Notes: generated from the sequence alone by a model not told the origin. A stretch of DNA of 64,000 nt from the human T2T-CHM13v2.0 reference genome, Homo sapiens (GCF_009914755.1 NC_060934.1), one strand, 5' to 3'. Positions 1 through 14,748 are shown, numbered from the stretch's first letter. Numbers and translations are program-made.

Positions 1-103
1 AATTGCTTGAACCTAGGAAGTGGAGGTTACAGCAAGCCGAGATCACACCACCGCACTCCAGCCTGGGTGACAGAGTGGGACTCGGTCTCAAAAAAAAAAA
101 AAA
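1..103 (+). mobile_element. Alu 3' end
   Basis: Right-arm consensus plus poly(A). Confidence 0.9.
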
Positions 104-808
104 ATACACAAGCTGGCCCTCTGGATGCTCCCTGAGGAGCCCAGCCAGAGTCCCACATGCAGCAGTAGCTGCAGCCCCAGGTTATCTTTCATTCTTGGAA
201 GAAGATGCAGTGTTTCTGATTAGGCCAGCACTGAGACCTCAAACCATGAAGCCCAACATGAAAGAGAGAAAGCAGTGGCTAACAGAACCTTCAGAATGAA
301 GACCTGGGAAATCGGCTCTCAAAACCACCCTGAAGGAGCAAATGCGGGAGCTCAGGGAGGAATGGGAAAGGGGCCTGAGTGCTCTGTAAGGGTGGCCTCC
401 TTCCCAGCTGCCACATTGACTCCAGGACCCTCCAACCTGGGCAATTGTTCCTGGACTCATAGCCACACAAGCTGCCTGGTGGGGACTGCAGAGATGGGAG
501 TGCCAGCACATCACAAAGAGAGAAGAAGCAGTCCAGGAAAATCAGAGGGCAAATGCAGAGAAGACCTGGCAGGCAGTTGGACCTGGATTACAGTGAAAAG
601 AAGGTTAAGACTTAGAGCCCGTTTCAGGCTGAAGGCTGAGGAGCTGCTGCTCCCATCACCAAGTTCCCCTGAAAGCAATAGTTTCCAAGCTCTAGACTTC
701 ACAGATCAGTGAAATCTGAGAGAAAAAAAAAATAGTATCTAACAAAGAGCTGCCAAATTTTATATTGCTGAGTAAGAACATTTAAGAAGTAATCATCTCT
801 CATCATAA

Positions 809-1615
<807 letters not shown>

Positions 1616-1982
1616 AAGTGAATTTTTAATGCCAAAAAAGTAAAGAAAAAAATAATCTTGGTGCTTGAAAGAGTGAATATATTTAATCTCATGAAAAACT
1701 CAACTCTGGTGGCCTTTAATGTTGTTTTGCAGGGATCCAGGCCAGTTAGTGGGCAGGTGTCTGAGCTCAGGGTTGGGACTGGGGCTGAAGCTGAGGTGGG
1801 GAACTCACCCCTTTTGGGGGCCCCTCCAGGGGCCCTGCTCTTGCTGGGGGCTCCCCAGGATCAGCCAGAAGGGCTCTGAGACCACCCAGGAGGATGTCCC
1901 TGTGGGGTGTCCTTGGTGTGGTTGGGGGAGAGGCTGCCTGTCTCCTCGGGTCCTGGAGAAGGTGCCCTCTTTGGATCACCAG

Positions 1983-2084
1983 AAACTCCGAGGAGACACA
2001 CGCCAGAAGCTGCCCATGGACTTGCTGGTGCTGGAGGATGAGAAGCACCACGGGGCTCAGAGTGCAGCCCTGCAGAAGGTGAAG
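1983..2084 (+). CDS. ANKRD2: ANKRD2 coding exon 2 (KLRGDTRQ...LQKVK)
   Basis: cag| acceptor at 1980-1982 and |gtaagc donor at 2085; 102 nt, phase 0-0; peptide matches the ANKRD2/Arpp N-terminal region. Exon 1 is outside the window. Confidence 0.95.
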
Positions 2085-2422
2085 GTAAGCCTGGGAGGAT
2101 CCAATGTCTGCACCCAGGGGACCAGCCAGGTAGCCATGGCCTGTCTGCACCTCTCCCCACGTGGCCCATGGACCAGCAGTTCAGCACCCCCGGTAGAGCT
2201 TGCTAGCCCTGCAGAATCTCCGCCCCGTCCCAGAACTACTGAGTCAGAATTCCCCCAATGTGAGAGCCATCTAGGCCTGGAAGGAGGGATAGACCTTGGT
2301 TCCTTCTTTCTTAAGAGGGTCTTCCTGCCCACCCCACCCTCCCCACCAGCTTAGCTCAGAGGTCTCCCAAGCCCCCCAAACTCTCTGCCCGGCCTGGGGG
2401 GTTGATGGGCCATCCCGCGCAG

Positions 2423-2581
2423 GGCCAAGAGCGCGTGCGCAAGACGTCCCTGGACCTGCGGCGGGAGATCATCGATGTGGGCGGGATCCAGAACCTCATC
2501 GAGCTGCGGAAGAAACGCAAGCAGAAGAAGCGGGACGCTCTGGCCGCCTCGCATGAGCCGCCCCCAGAGCCCGAGGAGATC
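2423..2581 (+). CDS. ANKRD2: ANKRD2 exon 3 (GQERVRKTSLDL...PEEI), with an RxRxxS Akt-type motif and a basic NLS-like RKKRKQKKR
   Basis: gcag| acceptor, |gtaagg donor, 159 nt, phase 0-0; lies within ORF 2402..2659. Confidence 0.97.
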
Positions 2582-2680
2582 GTAAGGGTCCTGGGGAGGA
2601 CACCGCGAGGGGGCGGAGGGGGAGCCCGGGAGGCTTCGGATTGCTGGGACGGCCCGTGACTGCTGCGTCCACATCTGCAG

Positions 2681-2788
2681 ACTGGCCCTGTGGATGAGGA
2701 GACCTTCCTGAAAGCTGCGGTGGAGGGGAAAATGAAGGTCATTGAGAAGTTCCTGGCTGACGGGGGGTCAGCCGACACGTGCGACCAG
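2681..2788 (+). CDS. ANKRD2: ANKRD2 exon 4 (TGPVDEETFLKAAVEG...TCDQ)
   Basis: ctgcag| acceptor, |gtgatg donor, 108 nt, phase 0-0; first, degenerate ankyrin repeat. Confidence 0.96.
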
Positions 2789-3217
2789 GTGATGCTCCTA
2801 GCCGCCCCTGACCAGCCTCCCTGTCAGTTGCCACCCCCACTCCGTTCGGCTCCTGGGTCAGCCCACTGTGAGCCTATTTGAGAGGAGGCACCGGTGTTCT
2901 TTGGATGGGTGGGTGGCTGGGGCGCTCAGAATGGGTGTCCCTTCCCCGTACAGGAATTGACCTAAATCCTTAAACCCTTTTCCAACTTGAATCACCTGCA
3001 GAGCAACAAATGTCACATGTTTGTTTAGGAAAGAAAGAAAAATAGAATCAAATAAAAACAGACCAGGACCAGAAGATGTGGGCTCAAATCCCATCTCTCT
3101 CACTCACGAGTTGTGGGACCTGTGGCTGGGTCGGTGCCCTCTCCATGCCTCAGTTTCCTCCTCTGTAAAATGGCCTACTTCCCTCACAACATGTTACGGT
3201 GATCAAATGGAATATTA

Positions 3218-4137
<920 letters not shown>

Positions 4138-5037
4138 TGAAACTGCCTCTTTCACACTTCCCGGGGTGCTTTCTTGCTCTCGTATCCTGGAATTTGGCAC
4201 ATTAGTGGTTTTCCACCTTTGGTCTGCATTATTGTAGACTTGGACCACATGTCCTTTCTGTTCTTTAGACTCCAGAGTCTTCATCCTCTCAGTCTGTCCA
4301 ACTACCTCCTACTTCCGAGCACCATGCTAGGTGCCAGAATACAAAAAAACAAAAAAAGCAAAACAAAACAAAAAAACAGACCAGGGTTGGTTCCTTGGGG
4401 AGACTGACATGTAACCAGATCATTAGAATAAGGAAAGATACTCACTGTGTGTGTCCTGTAACCAGATCATGAGAATATGGAAAGATATTGTGGCTTGAGC
4501 GTTTCAAAAGTCCAAGGCAGAAAGGAGAAGGGGAAAAGTTTATTCTTTCTTTGAATCAGTGATCAGTGTCACCTGTTCATGCTGGCCTTGTGCTAGGCAC
4601 TTGGGGAGTCCAGCAAGACTTGACCTGCCCTCGAACACACTCTCACAGTTAAGGGTCATCTGGGCCCTAGGGAAGCCCTGGCCTAGAGGTTTCAAGGAAA
4701 TGATGGCATTTGAGCTGCATCTTGAAGGAGTAGCAGATTTTATCAAGCACTCCCAGGAAGTGAGGGCAAAACAGGCATGCTTGGCAGAGGAAACCACCTG
4801 TAGAGAGGCATGGCTTGATGTGCCTGGGGGGCAGTGAGAAGGTCGGGTTCCCTGGGGCAGAGGGCTCCCAGGCTGGTCTGGATAGAGCATAAGGGAGCTG
4901 GCAGAACACAGAAAACATGGGGGCCAAGCACAGGGGTGAGAATCAAGCTGGGGGGAAGGCCTGGGCCTCAGCTTGGGTGGGAGATGGGCTCAGGCCTGGA
5001 GCCAGAGGCCAGGCCCTGACAGCCTCTCTGGGGACAG

Positions 5038-5136
5038 TTCCGTCGGACAGCACTGCACCGAGCTTCCCTGGAAGGCCACATGGAAATCCTGGAGAAGCTT
5101 CTAGATAATGGGGCCACTGTGGACTTCCAGGATCGG
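5038..5136 (+). CDS. ANKRD2: ANKRD2 exon 5, ankyrin repeat (FRRTALHRAS...QDR)
   Basis: acag| ... |gtgagt; 99 nt = 33 aa with a TALH ankyrin motif. Confidence 0.97.
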
Positions 5137-5498
5137 GTGAGTGAGAGGGCAGGTATTCAATGGGAGACAGGAGGTGGGTCCAGCACTGACAGACACCCTC
5201 TCCCTGCCACCTGTGCCAACCTGAAGCATAAACAGGTTGCTCAGGTGCCAGACTCCACCTCAGTGGCTTATGTGACCTTGAGTAAGCCCCTTCTCCTCCC
5301 TAAGCATCCTCTGTGAGTCTGGCTTGGACCAGATGGGCCCTGAGTGTTCTTCTGTTCCACTTGGTCCATTGCCCATGCCCAGGCCTGCTCCCTGTACCTT
5401 TCCCCTAGATATCCCTCTGCCTTCCTGGCTGGGGTACATTACCCCCGAATACTTTCTTCCCTGCAGCTCTGTAGTTAGACCCCCTCATTTCTTTCTAG

Positions 5499-5597
5499 CT
5501 GGACTGCACAGCCATGCATTGGGCCTGCCGCGGGGGCCACTTAGAGGTGGTGAAACTTCTGCAAAGCCATGGAGCAGACACCAATGTGAGGGATAAG
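5499..5597 (+). CDS. ANKRD2: ANKRD2 exon 6, ankyrin repeat ([10 protein letters not shown]...RDK)
   Basis: tttctag| ... |gtgagg; 99 nt. Confidence 0.97.
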
Positions 5598-5904
5598 GTG
5601 AGGCAAAAACACTCAGAAGCAACAGATATTGGGGTGGCTGTGGGGAGAAAGGCAGGGGTCCAAGGGCAGGAAAGCCTAGGGGGCAGGAAGGTAGTGAGCT
5701 AGTCTGGTTTCTGGCTGCAGAGCAGGGAAGCTAAAACAGTGTCCTACTGGGCCTCCCAGCCCAGGGATGGGTCCCTGCCATCCACACAGGCCCTTGAGGA
5801 ACCACCATCTGAGGATAGGAGCAGGAAGAGCAGACAAGAAGGGAAGACAAGAGACTCACTGTGTTGGGGGCTTTGGGACCACTCAAAAGATGCAAGATTT
5901 GTTC

Positions 5905-6040
5905 ATGTTATCTGTCATTATCCTTCTGTCTACCTATCTATTCATCTATCCGTCTATCCATCCATCCATTCCTCCATTTATTCATCCCCTCATTCATTTA
6001 TTTATTTATGCACCATCCTTCTATTCATTCATTATTTCAT
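5905..6040. repeat. Degenerate (TCCA/TTCA/TCTA)n simple repeat
   Basis: Visible tetramer periodicity. Confidence 0.8.
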
Positions 6041-6497
6041 GTACAACCTTGAACAAGTGACAGCCTCTGAGCTTCTGTTGCTCATCTGTGAAATGTCTTG
6101 CAGAGTTCTTGTGTAGCTTAGGTGGGAAAACATGTGTAAATGAATTATTTATTCAACATAAGGCAAATGTCTTGTAAGCTTTTGCCATGTCCATTACATA
6201 GTCATCTCTCAATAAATGACATCTATTATGATTATTAAAAGAAGGGTAGAAGAGTGAGCAGCTGGGTGAGAGGAGAATCACAGAAGGCTTCCCAGAGGAA
6301 GTGGCATTTAAGGCTTTAGAGTTAGGCCATTGGATAGGATGGTAAGAAATTGTACCATTCTCTGCCCCTCCAAGGCTCAGGCCTTGGCACTAGGACTTGG
6401 AAGAGGGATTAAGCTGGAGTTAGGACAGCCCCCGCCTTCCCAGGGGTACCACAGTTCAGGCCCCGTCAACTAGCAGTTCCTGATTCCTCCCACCCAG

Positions 6498-6596
6498 CTG
6501 CTGAGCACCCCGCTGCACGTGGCAGTCCGGACAGGGCAGGTGGAGATTGTGGAGCACTTTCTATCCCTGGGCCTGGAAATCAATGCCAGAGACAGG
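6498..6596 (+). CDS. ANKRD2: ANKRD2 exon 7, ankyrin repeat (LLSTPLHVAV...RDR)
   Basis: cccag| ... |gtgagt; 99 nt; TPLH motif. Confidence 0.97.
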
Positions 6597-6786
6597 GTGA
6601 GTGCTAGCCTGTCCGCTGCTCACCCGCCATGGGTGTGTGGGCAGCCTGCGGGCCCCTACAGGTGGTGTCCTTCCTCCTGGGGCCTTCAGGACTTGGCTCC
6701 TGAGCAGGGTCTCCAGCCCACCTCCCATCACCCTTGCCTCCTCCCACTGCCCACAAGGGCCATAGTGAGTGCCACACTGACTCTAG

Positions 6787-6885
6787 GAAGGGGATACTGC
6801 CCTGCATGACGCTGTGAGGCTCAACCGCTACAAAATCATCAAACTGCTGCTCCTGCATGGGGCTGACATGATGACCAAGAACCTG
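6787..6885 (+). CDS. ANKRD2: ANKRD2 exon 8, ankyrin repeat ([10 protein letters not shown]...KNL)
   Basis: ctctag| ... |gtaagc; 99 nt. Confidence 0.97.
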
Positions 6886-7470
6886 GTAAGCTCATTCCCT
6901 CCTTGATTCAGTCACTGGCGTGAGCACTCATACAGTGGAGGTGCTGTCCTGGTCCCTGGAGCAGCCCCCGCCTAGGGACATGTATCATTGGCTCTGGCCA
7001 GCACCATAGTACATAAACTTGTCCTCTTCCAGAGCACCATTCCAACTGTCCGCCCCATTCTCTATGTGTGTCTATGTCCAGAGTGCAAGTGCAGAGAGAC
7101 AGCAGGAGGGGCAGCAAGAGGACTTCCCAAAGACCCCCAAGTAGGCCAGAGGGGGTCCTCAAGTACTGGCCCAAGGAGGCCAGAATCATGAAAGGCCAGA
7201 GCTGGAAGGGACCGAGCACTCAGCTGGCATGACAGTTCCTAGCACCCCATGTCAGCTCCTGTGGTCTTTGAGTTTTCTTAGGATCTAGGCAGGAAGTCCT
7301 TGGAAGGGGAAGGTGCCCAGGGAACACCTTGGACTAGGGAACACTTAGTCCAAGTTCTTCTTTGGGGCCCAGAGCATTCACAAAAGGAGGCCATGAGAGA
7401 GTCCCTCGGGCTCAAGAAAGGCTAAAGGGATAATGAGAAAAGCAGGAAAATATGGAGAAGGTATAAATGA

Positions 7471-7666
7471 GGGGTTTTCACCCTCAGCATTATTGACATT
7501 TAGGGCCGGGTGATTGTTTGTTGTAGGGGACCATCCTATGCCTTGTAGGATATTTAAGCAACATTCTTGGCCTCTGCCCACTAGATGCCAGTAGTACCCA
7601 TCCCCTAGTGTGACAACCAAAAGTATCTTCACACAATGCCAGTTGCCCCCATTTGAGAAGCACTGG
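7471..7666 (-). mobile_element. MER20 (hAT-Charlie DNA transposon) in ANKRD2 intron 8
   Basis: Matches recalled MER20 blocks (cccactagatgccagtag; tgtgacaaccaaaa; ttgagaa.cactg terminus). Confidence 0.8.
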
Positions 7667-7758
7667 TGGTGTCAATGAGGGTACCTTCTGTGAAAGCCTT
7701 CAGGACAGTTAACAGATTTTCTCTTGCCAACCCCCACGCCCCGTCCCGCCCCCTCCAG

Positions 7759-7908
7759 GCAGGAAAGACCCCGACGGACCTGGTGCAGCTCTGGCAGGCT
7801 GATACCCGGCACGCCCTGGAGCATCCTGAGCCGGGGGCTGAGCATAACGGGCTGGAGGGGCCTAATGATAGTGGGCGAGAGACCCCTCAGCCTGTGCCAG
7901 CCCAGTGA
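7759..7908 (+). CDS. ANKRD2: ANKRD2 last coding exon (AGKTPTDL...PVPAQ*)
   Basis: ctccag| acceptor; 49 aa then TGA at 7906-7908. Confidence 0.96.
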   Translation, partial: AGKTPTDLVQLWQADTRHALEHPEPGAEHNGLEGPNDSGRETPQPVPAQ

Positions 7909-8044
7909 ATGCGTGCCCCAGCCCAGCCAGCTACCCAGCCCCTCTCTGTGTGCAGCCGGAGGGTCCTAAGAATGGCTCCCGGAGCTAACTGAGGGCCCAG
8001 CCTTTTTTCTGCATGATCCAGGAGCACATACCACAAACTACCAC

Positions 8045-8050
8045 AATAAA
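8045..8050 (+). terminator. ANKRD2: ANKRD2 polyadenylation signal AATAAA
   Basis: Canonical hexamer 137 nt after the stop, followed by U/GU-rich sequence. Confidence 0.85.
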
Positions 8051-8794
8051 AAAGCTGTTTTTGCTAATTGCGATGTTCATTTCCACTTGTGTCTGAAATC
8101 TTTGGGAATGAAGGAAGACTGGGGGCAAATGCTGGTTTGGGGAGGAGGGAAACTGGGAGCCGGTTGGCCCTCTGAGCCAGCCCTGCAGCTTCTTTACTGT
8201 GGTCTCTTTTCCTTTCCTCCCTGCCACTCAACTTTTCCTGCCCCTTCTCACATCTCCAGGGCCAGGCTTGGCCCCTGCATGGATTGACTTGGTAATACAC
8301 TCATCCTGGCCCCCTTCCTGGTGCCTGCTGTCCTGTGGGGCTGTGAATGGCTAGCACAGGCTTGTCACGTGGCTGCCTTGGCAGGAGGAGCCTGGTAAGG
8401 GAGCGGGGCAGGGGATGGACAGCCTGTCACAGGCAGCTTCTTGCCCAGCCTTGCCACACCTCCCACAGGGCAGGACCTGCTCAGCCAATCAGCTCCACCA
8501 ACCTCAGAACTGCCCGTGGAAACCTGGCTGGGCTTCTGGCTTCAGAGCTGGGAATTGTGGGAGGAGGGCCCAGATCCCACTGGAGATACCGAAGGAGATA
8601 CTCTTTAGTATTGGGATCCCAGAAACCAGTCCTATATCTGGCCAGAGGGACACTGGGTTGTGGCATCTCTCTAGCTGCTACCCAGAAGGAACAGGGCCCC
8701 CTGGGGCCTATAGGCCTTGCCCCTGACCCTGGGAACACCCAGCTCAGGCCTGCCCCAGTGGCCACAAGTCAGGGAGGCCGCAAATTTTTAACTA

Positions 8795-9291
<497 letters not shown>

Positions 9292-10057
9292 TAACCTTAA
9301 GCTAAACCTCACCTGCTTCAGTTTACCCAGCTGTAAACTGTTAAAGTGCCTTTGTAGCTCCCAGAGTGATTCTGAGGTTGGACTGGATAATGGGCGTGAA
9401 AGTCCTTGTCAACCTTGTCACTTGGTGCAGATGTGAAGGCATGTGGCTGGGGTCACGTGGCAGCCCAGCCACAGTCCCAGTTCCCTCCAAAGTTTGTTTG
9501 TACATTCTCTTCTGGACAAAGCCTCCTTGCCAGAATTAGTTCTCCTGTGACCCCTTGGCTCCTGTGACTCCTGTTGTGGCTCCTGTGACCCCATCTCTCT
9601 TTACACATGGGTCTCCCCAACTCTGAGGTTAGGGACCAGATGATATTTGCAACAATCAACATGTAACAGAGTCCCAGGCACAATAAATGAAGGTAGAAGA
9701 AAATGTCAAATTCTGCCTGCCCTGCTCCGCCCATCCCCATTCCTTACTGCACAATCCCCTGAGGCAGTGCTCTCTGTAGGACCATCCCACAGATGGGAAT
9801 CTGGGCCTCAGAGTGACATGGTCACTGCCCAGGGTCATTCGGCTAACACATAGCTGAGCTGAGGTTTGCACCTCGTCTGACTGCATGGCCCATGCTCCAT
9901 TTTACTCCCTCGCTGACTCTCATTATAAACCCTTTGGAGCTGCTAGGCCACACTATTTCAACGGAGTGTCTGGTCAGCACTAGCTTTGTTGTGGCTGCTA
10001 TTGAGGCAGTATCGTGTAGACTGTGGACTCTGGTTTCAAATCACAGCTCTGGAGTGA

Positions 10058-10339
<282 letters not shown>

Positions 10340-11433
10340 TCACATCTCTGGCACTGACTTAGTGTGGGATGATTGCTGTCCCTATCGGACACATGGGAGT
10401 GATAATGCTCATATTATGGGATGGTTGGACAAAAAAATCTGAGAGAATGCAAGTGAAATCGTGCTATAAATTGTGGAGTAATATACATTGGAAGGTACTG
10501 ATTCCAATGGTAATAATGATTAAAATGACAGTGTGATTGGCATTGCAGCAAAGCTGCTTTGTGACTGTGACCCCTGGCCTGATGGACACGTTGATCATTC
10601 ATAGCTCAGTACTGAGGGAATGTGCCCCTTCCTTGGGGACAATGAATGCCCTGTGGAGGGCCACGTTGAGCAGGGCACAACTGTTAGGTTTCTGCTGGTG
10701 CTTGGCTCGTGGGGCCTGGAGGTTTGGTGAGGTCCTGGTTCTCTTGAAGTGAGAAGCATTTTGAGCCTCTAAGTGAAGACCTTACTTCAGCTTCAAGGTT
10801 CAAGGATGCTCTAGTTCAGGGTGGGGAGGGTGGACTTTGCATCTGGTGTTTGCCTGACACCCAGAGAATCCACAGAGACCCCCAGACTCTTCTCTGGACC
10901 CTCCCTTCTGGGCCACCCACCCACTCTTGCAGAGGGCATGGGGTGCCCAGGAGCACAGGCTTCCGTGGATTTAGCAGGCTGTGGGCTGCACATACCCACT
11001 TGTCTGTCTCCCTCGCAACCTATGCAGGCTCCAGCTCCCATCTGATCACTCACCCACACACCAGAGAGCCAGCGGGGTGTGGTAGGAAGAGCCCAGCATC
11101 TTGAGTTAGAGGACCTGGGCAAGAATCCTGCCACTTCTGCCAGTTAACAGAGACCTTGGGGAAACCACTTAACCTTTCAAATCCAGTCCTCGTTTTAGAA
11201 TAGGAACTGAGCCTTCAGGCTTCTAGCCACAGGGTCAATATAATCCTCCCAAGGCACTGTCACAGAAAACACAGAGATAGAGGGTCCCTTCCCTGCTTCC
11301 AGGGTGCAGCCAAAATGCCCAGGAAGGAAGACACAAACAACTTTAGCTCTGAAATCTGTGTTTCTCTTGCCCTGTCCTGGCCCCTGAGGTAGACTTTGCA
11401 GCCCAACACTCAGGCTGAGGAGGGAACGTATCA

Positions 11434-12690
<1,257 letters not shown>

Positions 12691-14076
12691 GTATTCTTTT
12701 TAAATAAAAATTATGACCAGAGACTAGAGGAAGGGGTCATTACAGAAGGGCTCTATGGCCCTGAACTCACACCCATAAACACCCTCAAAGATGGACTTTG
12801 AATTGTTATTTCCAAATGAGGTTAGCCAACCACAGAACTAGTCCAGCAGGACTGGGAAGATGAGGTTCTCCATAAAACACTTGTGTCCTATTCCTTCCAT
12901 ACATAGAGTGGACCATGCTTTCTTGCAAAGATATAATATTTTGTATATATTAAAACCATTACTCTGTTAAAGAAAATATTTTGTTTAAAGCATCACAATG
13001 TTTACAACCCCATTTTGGCATTTCTTATTTTTTTTTAAATGGGCTAGATGCTTTTGAGGGGAAAAAAAAATACAGTGGCCCAGGCCTGTTTATACCCTGA
13101 GAGGCCTTGGAGATTAATTAGGCTTTTAGTTGTCTGCACCTATGGAAAGCCTGGCCAGCCAGCCCACCTGCTCACAACCCGAACCATGCCTATTTATGGG
13201 GGGGCAAATTCTGGGTTTGTAGGTGCCTCACTAAGGCAAGAGGTAGCAGCTACCATCCCGGAGTGGCCCCAGGGATCTAGACCCGATGAAGTCTCCTGTC
13301 CACTCTGCCTTCTCAGCCCACTGCTTGCCTCTCCACCCTCAGCCCATTGTGACCTCATGTTAGTTACTCCAGAATGAGCTCCTTCCTGGGTTCTTTTCCC
13401 TCTGAACTCTGCCCTGTAGTGAGGCGAGGGGCTGCAAATGAGGATGGAATATGCCAGGCTGGCAGCAGACATGGGCACTGGATGGAGGTGCACTGGTCTC
13501 AGATGGCTAGGAATGGATACCAGCCCAGTCAAGGGGATCATTCTGTCATGGCCAGCCTGACCCAGCATACTTTGCCCCCTGGGGGCCACCAGATGGGGAG
13601 AGAGAGAAACCAAAGACTGGAAGATACAAAGGCCTAAGTTGTAGAATGGATTCCAAGCAGAAGGCAGAAGGACTCAGAATTGGAGAAGCAGCCCTTTCAC
13701 TGAGCCTGGGGACAGCTGTCAGGGTAGGAGACAGGACCCAGGCCTCAGGCAATGCCTGCCAGGCTAGACATGAGGGATGCTGCGGCCTCTCCCCACCCCA
13801 CTCTCCCCACCCCACCCGCAACTGCCTTCCTCACAATGGGGTTCATTGTTGAGGTGGTGGGGGGCACCTAGGGAGGGTGCAGCAGGGGGCCTGCCTGTCA
13901 GACATCCTTGGGGAGCCTGCCCTTTCAAGCATGAATCATACCACCAGAGATCACCCAGCTTGCTCTTAGCTCTGCCTGCCTGGTGTAGGGTCCTGGAGAC
14001 CTTCTTGGAGCTCATCCAGCAGCCATCATGCAAGGTGGTGCTGGGGACTGCCCTCTTGCTAGGAGGTGGAGGTCTC

Positions 14077-14748
14077 ATGCTGTGGGTTCAGAGAAAGAGG
14101 AGAAGAAAGGAAACCTCTGAGTGTCCATCAGACAAGGACAAGTCACCAGAATCCCATAAAGCAAAGAATGAAAGCTGGATTAAATCCCACTTTAGCCGCC
14201 TTTCCGAAGAGAAGCTGGCCCTCGACAACAATGCCAGCGCTAGTGGCAATGCTACCCAGACTGAGAGTGGGAGTGAAGAGGTCAGCTCCACGGTTCACAT
14301 AGAGACCTTCACCACGAGGCACGGAGAAGTGGGCTCCGCTCTGCACCGGGAATCCTTCACCAGCAGGCAGAAGACATCTGGGCCCTCAGTGATCCAAGAG
14401 ATCCACCAGGAGTCTGGAAAAGCCCCATCCACTGATGACGCCACGTGGGCCGCTGTGGCTGCCTGCACCAAGGAGATTGACACCCAGGGGCGGCACCTGG
14501 CTCACTCCATGCTGCAGCGGGCCATAGCTTACCAGCACTCAGGTCACCTGGAGTCCAAGGACATCAACCAGGAGGAGCTGAGGGCCCTCGAGGAGGTAGA
14601 GATGAAGCTGCAAAAGAATTTCCTCACCCAGCGGGAAAACACCATAGCTGGTGCCAATCACACACACACCTTCTATGGCCACAGTCACCACAGTCACCAT
14701 GGCCACCCAAGCCACCAGAGCCACAGCCTGCCTAATCGCAGACACTAG
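14077..14748 (+). CDS. C10orf62: C10orf62, single-exon uncharacterised protein (223 aa from this ATG; frame open back to ATG 13777), nested in HOGA1 intron 1 on the same strand
   Basis: Longest non-repeat ORF in the track (13777..14748); MLWVQRKRRRKETSEC...LPNRRH recognised from memory; has its own AATAAA downstream. Confidence 0.88.
   Translation: MLWVQRKRRRKETSECPSDKDKSPESHKAKNESWIKSHFSRLSEEKLALDNNASASGNATQTESGSEEVSSTVHIETFTTRHGEVGSALHRESFTSRQKTSGPSVIQEIHQESGKAPSTDDATWAAVAACTKEIDTQGRHLAHSMLQRAIAYQHSGHLESKDINQEELRALEEVEMKLQKNFLTQRENTIAGANHTHTFYGHSHHSHHGHPSHQSHSLPNRRH

Larger units (their letters stand above)
2395..2830. promoter_or_regulatory. Intragenic CpG-rich island over ANKRD2 exons 3-4
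   Basis: Visibly high CpG density and GC content compared with the flanks; not computed. Confidence 0.6.

Noticed and set aside
1719-2354. 211-aa ORF overlapping ANKRD2 exon 2
   Set aside because: Only the 34 codons bounded by splice sites are ANKRD2-like. The flanks are GC-rich intron that is open by chance, and the ORF has a non-ATG start.
2582-2680. ANKRD2 intron 3 is exactly 99 nt, the same length as the ankyrin exons
   Set aside because: It has an in-frame TGA at 2657-2659 and no ankyrin similarity, so the length is coincidental.
13987-13989. Acceptor-like gtgtag|gg just before the C10orf62 CUG
   Set aside because: Joining HOGA1 exon 1 here would be out of frame with C10orf62; only the 13969 site is frame-compatible.
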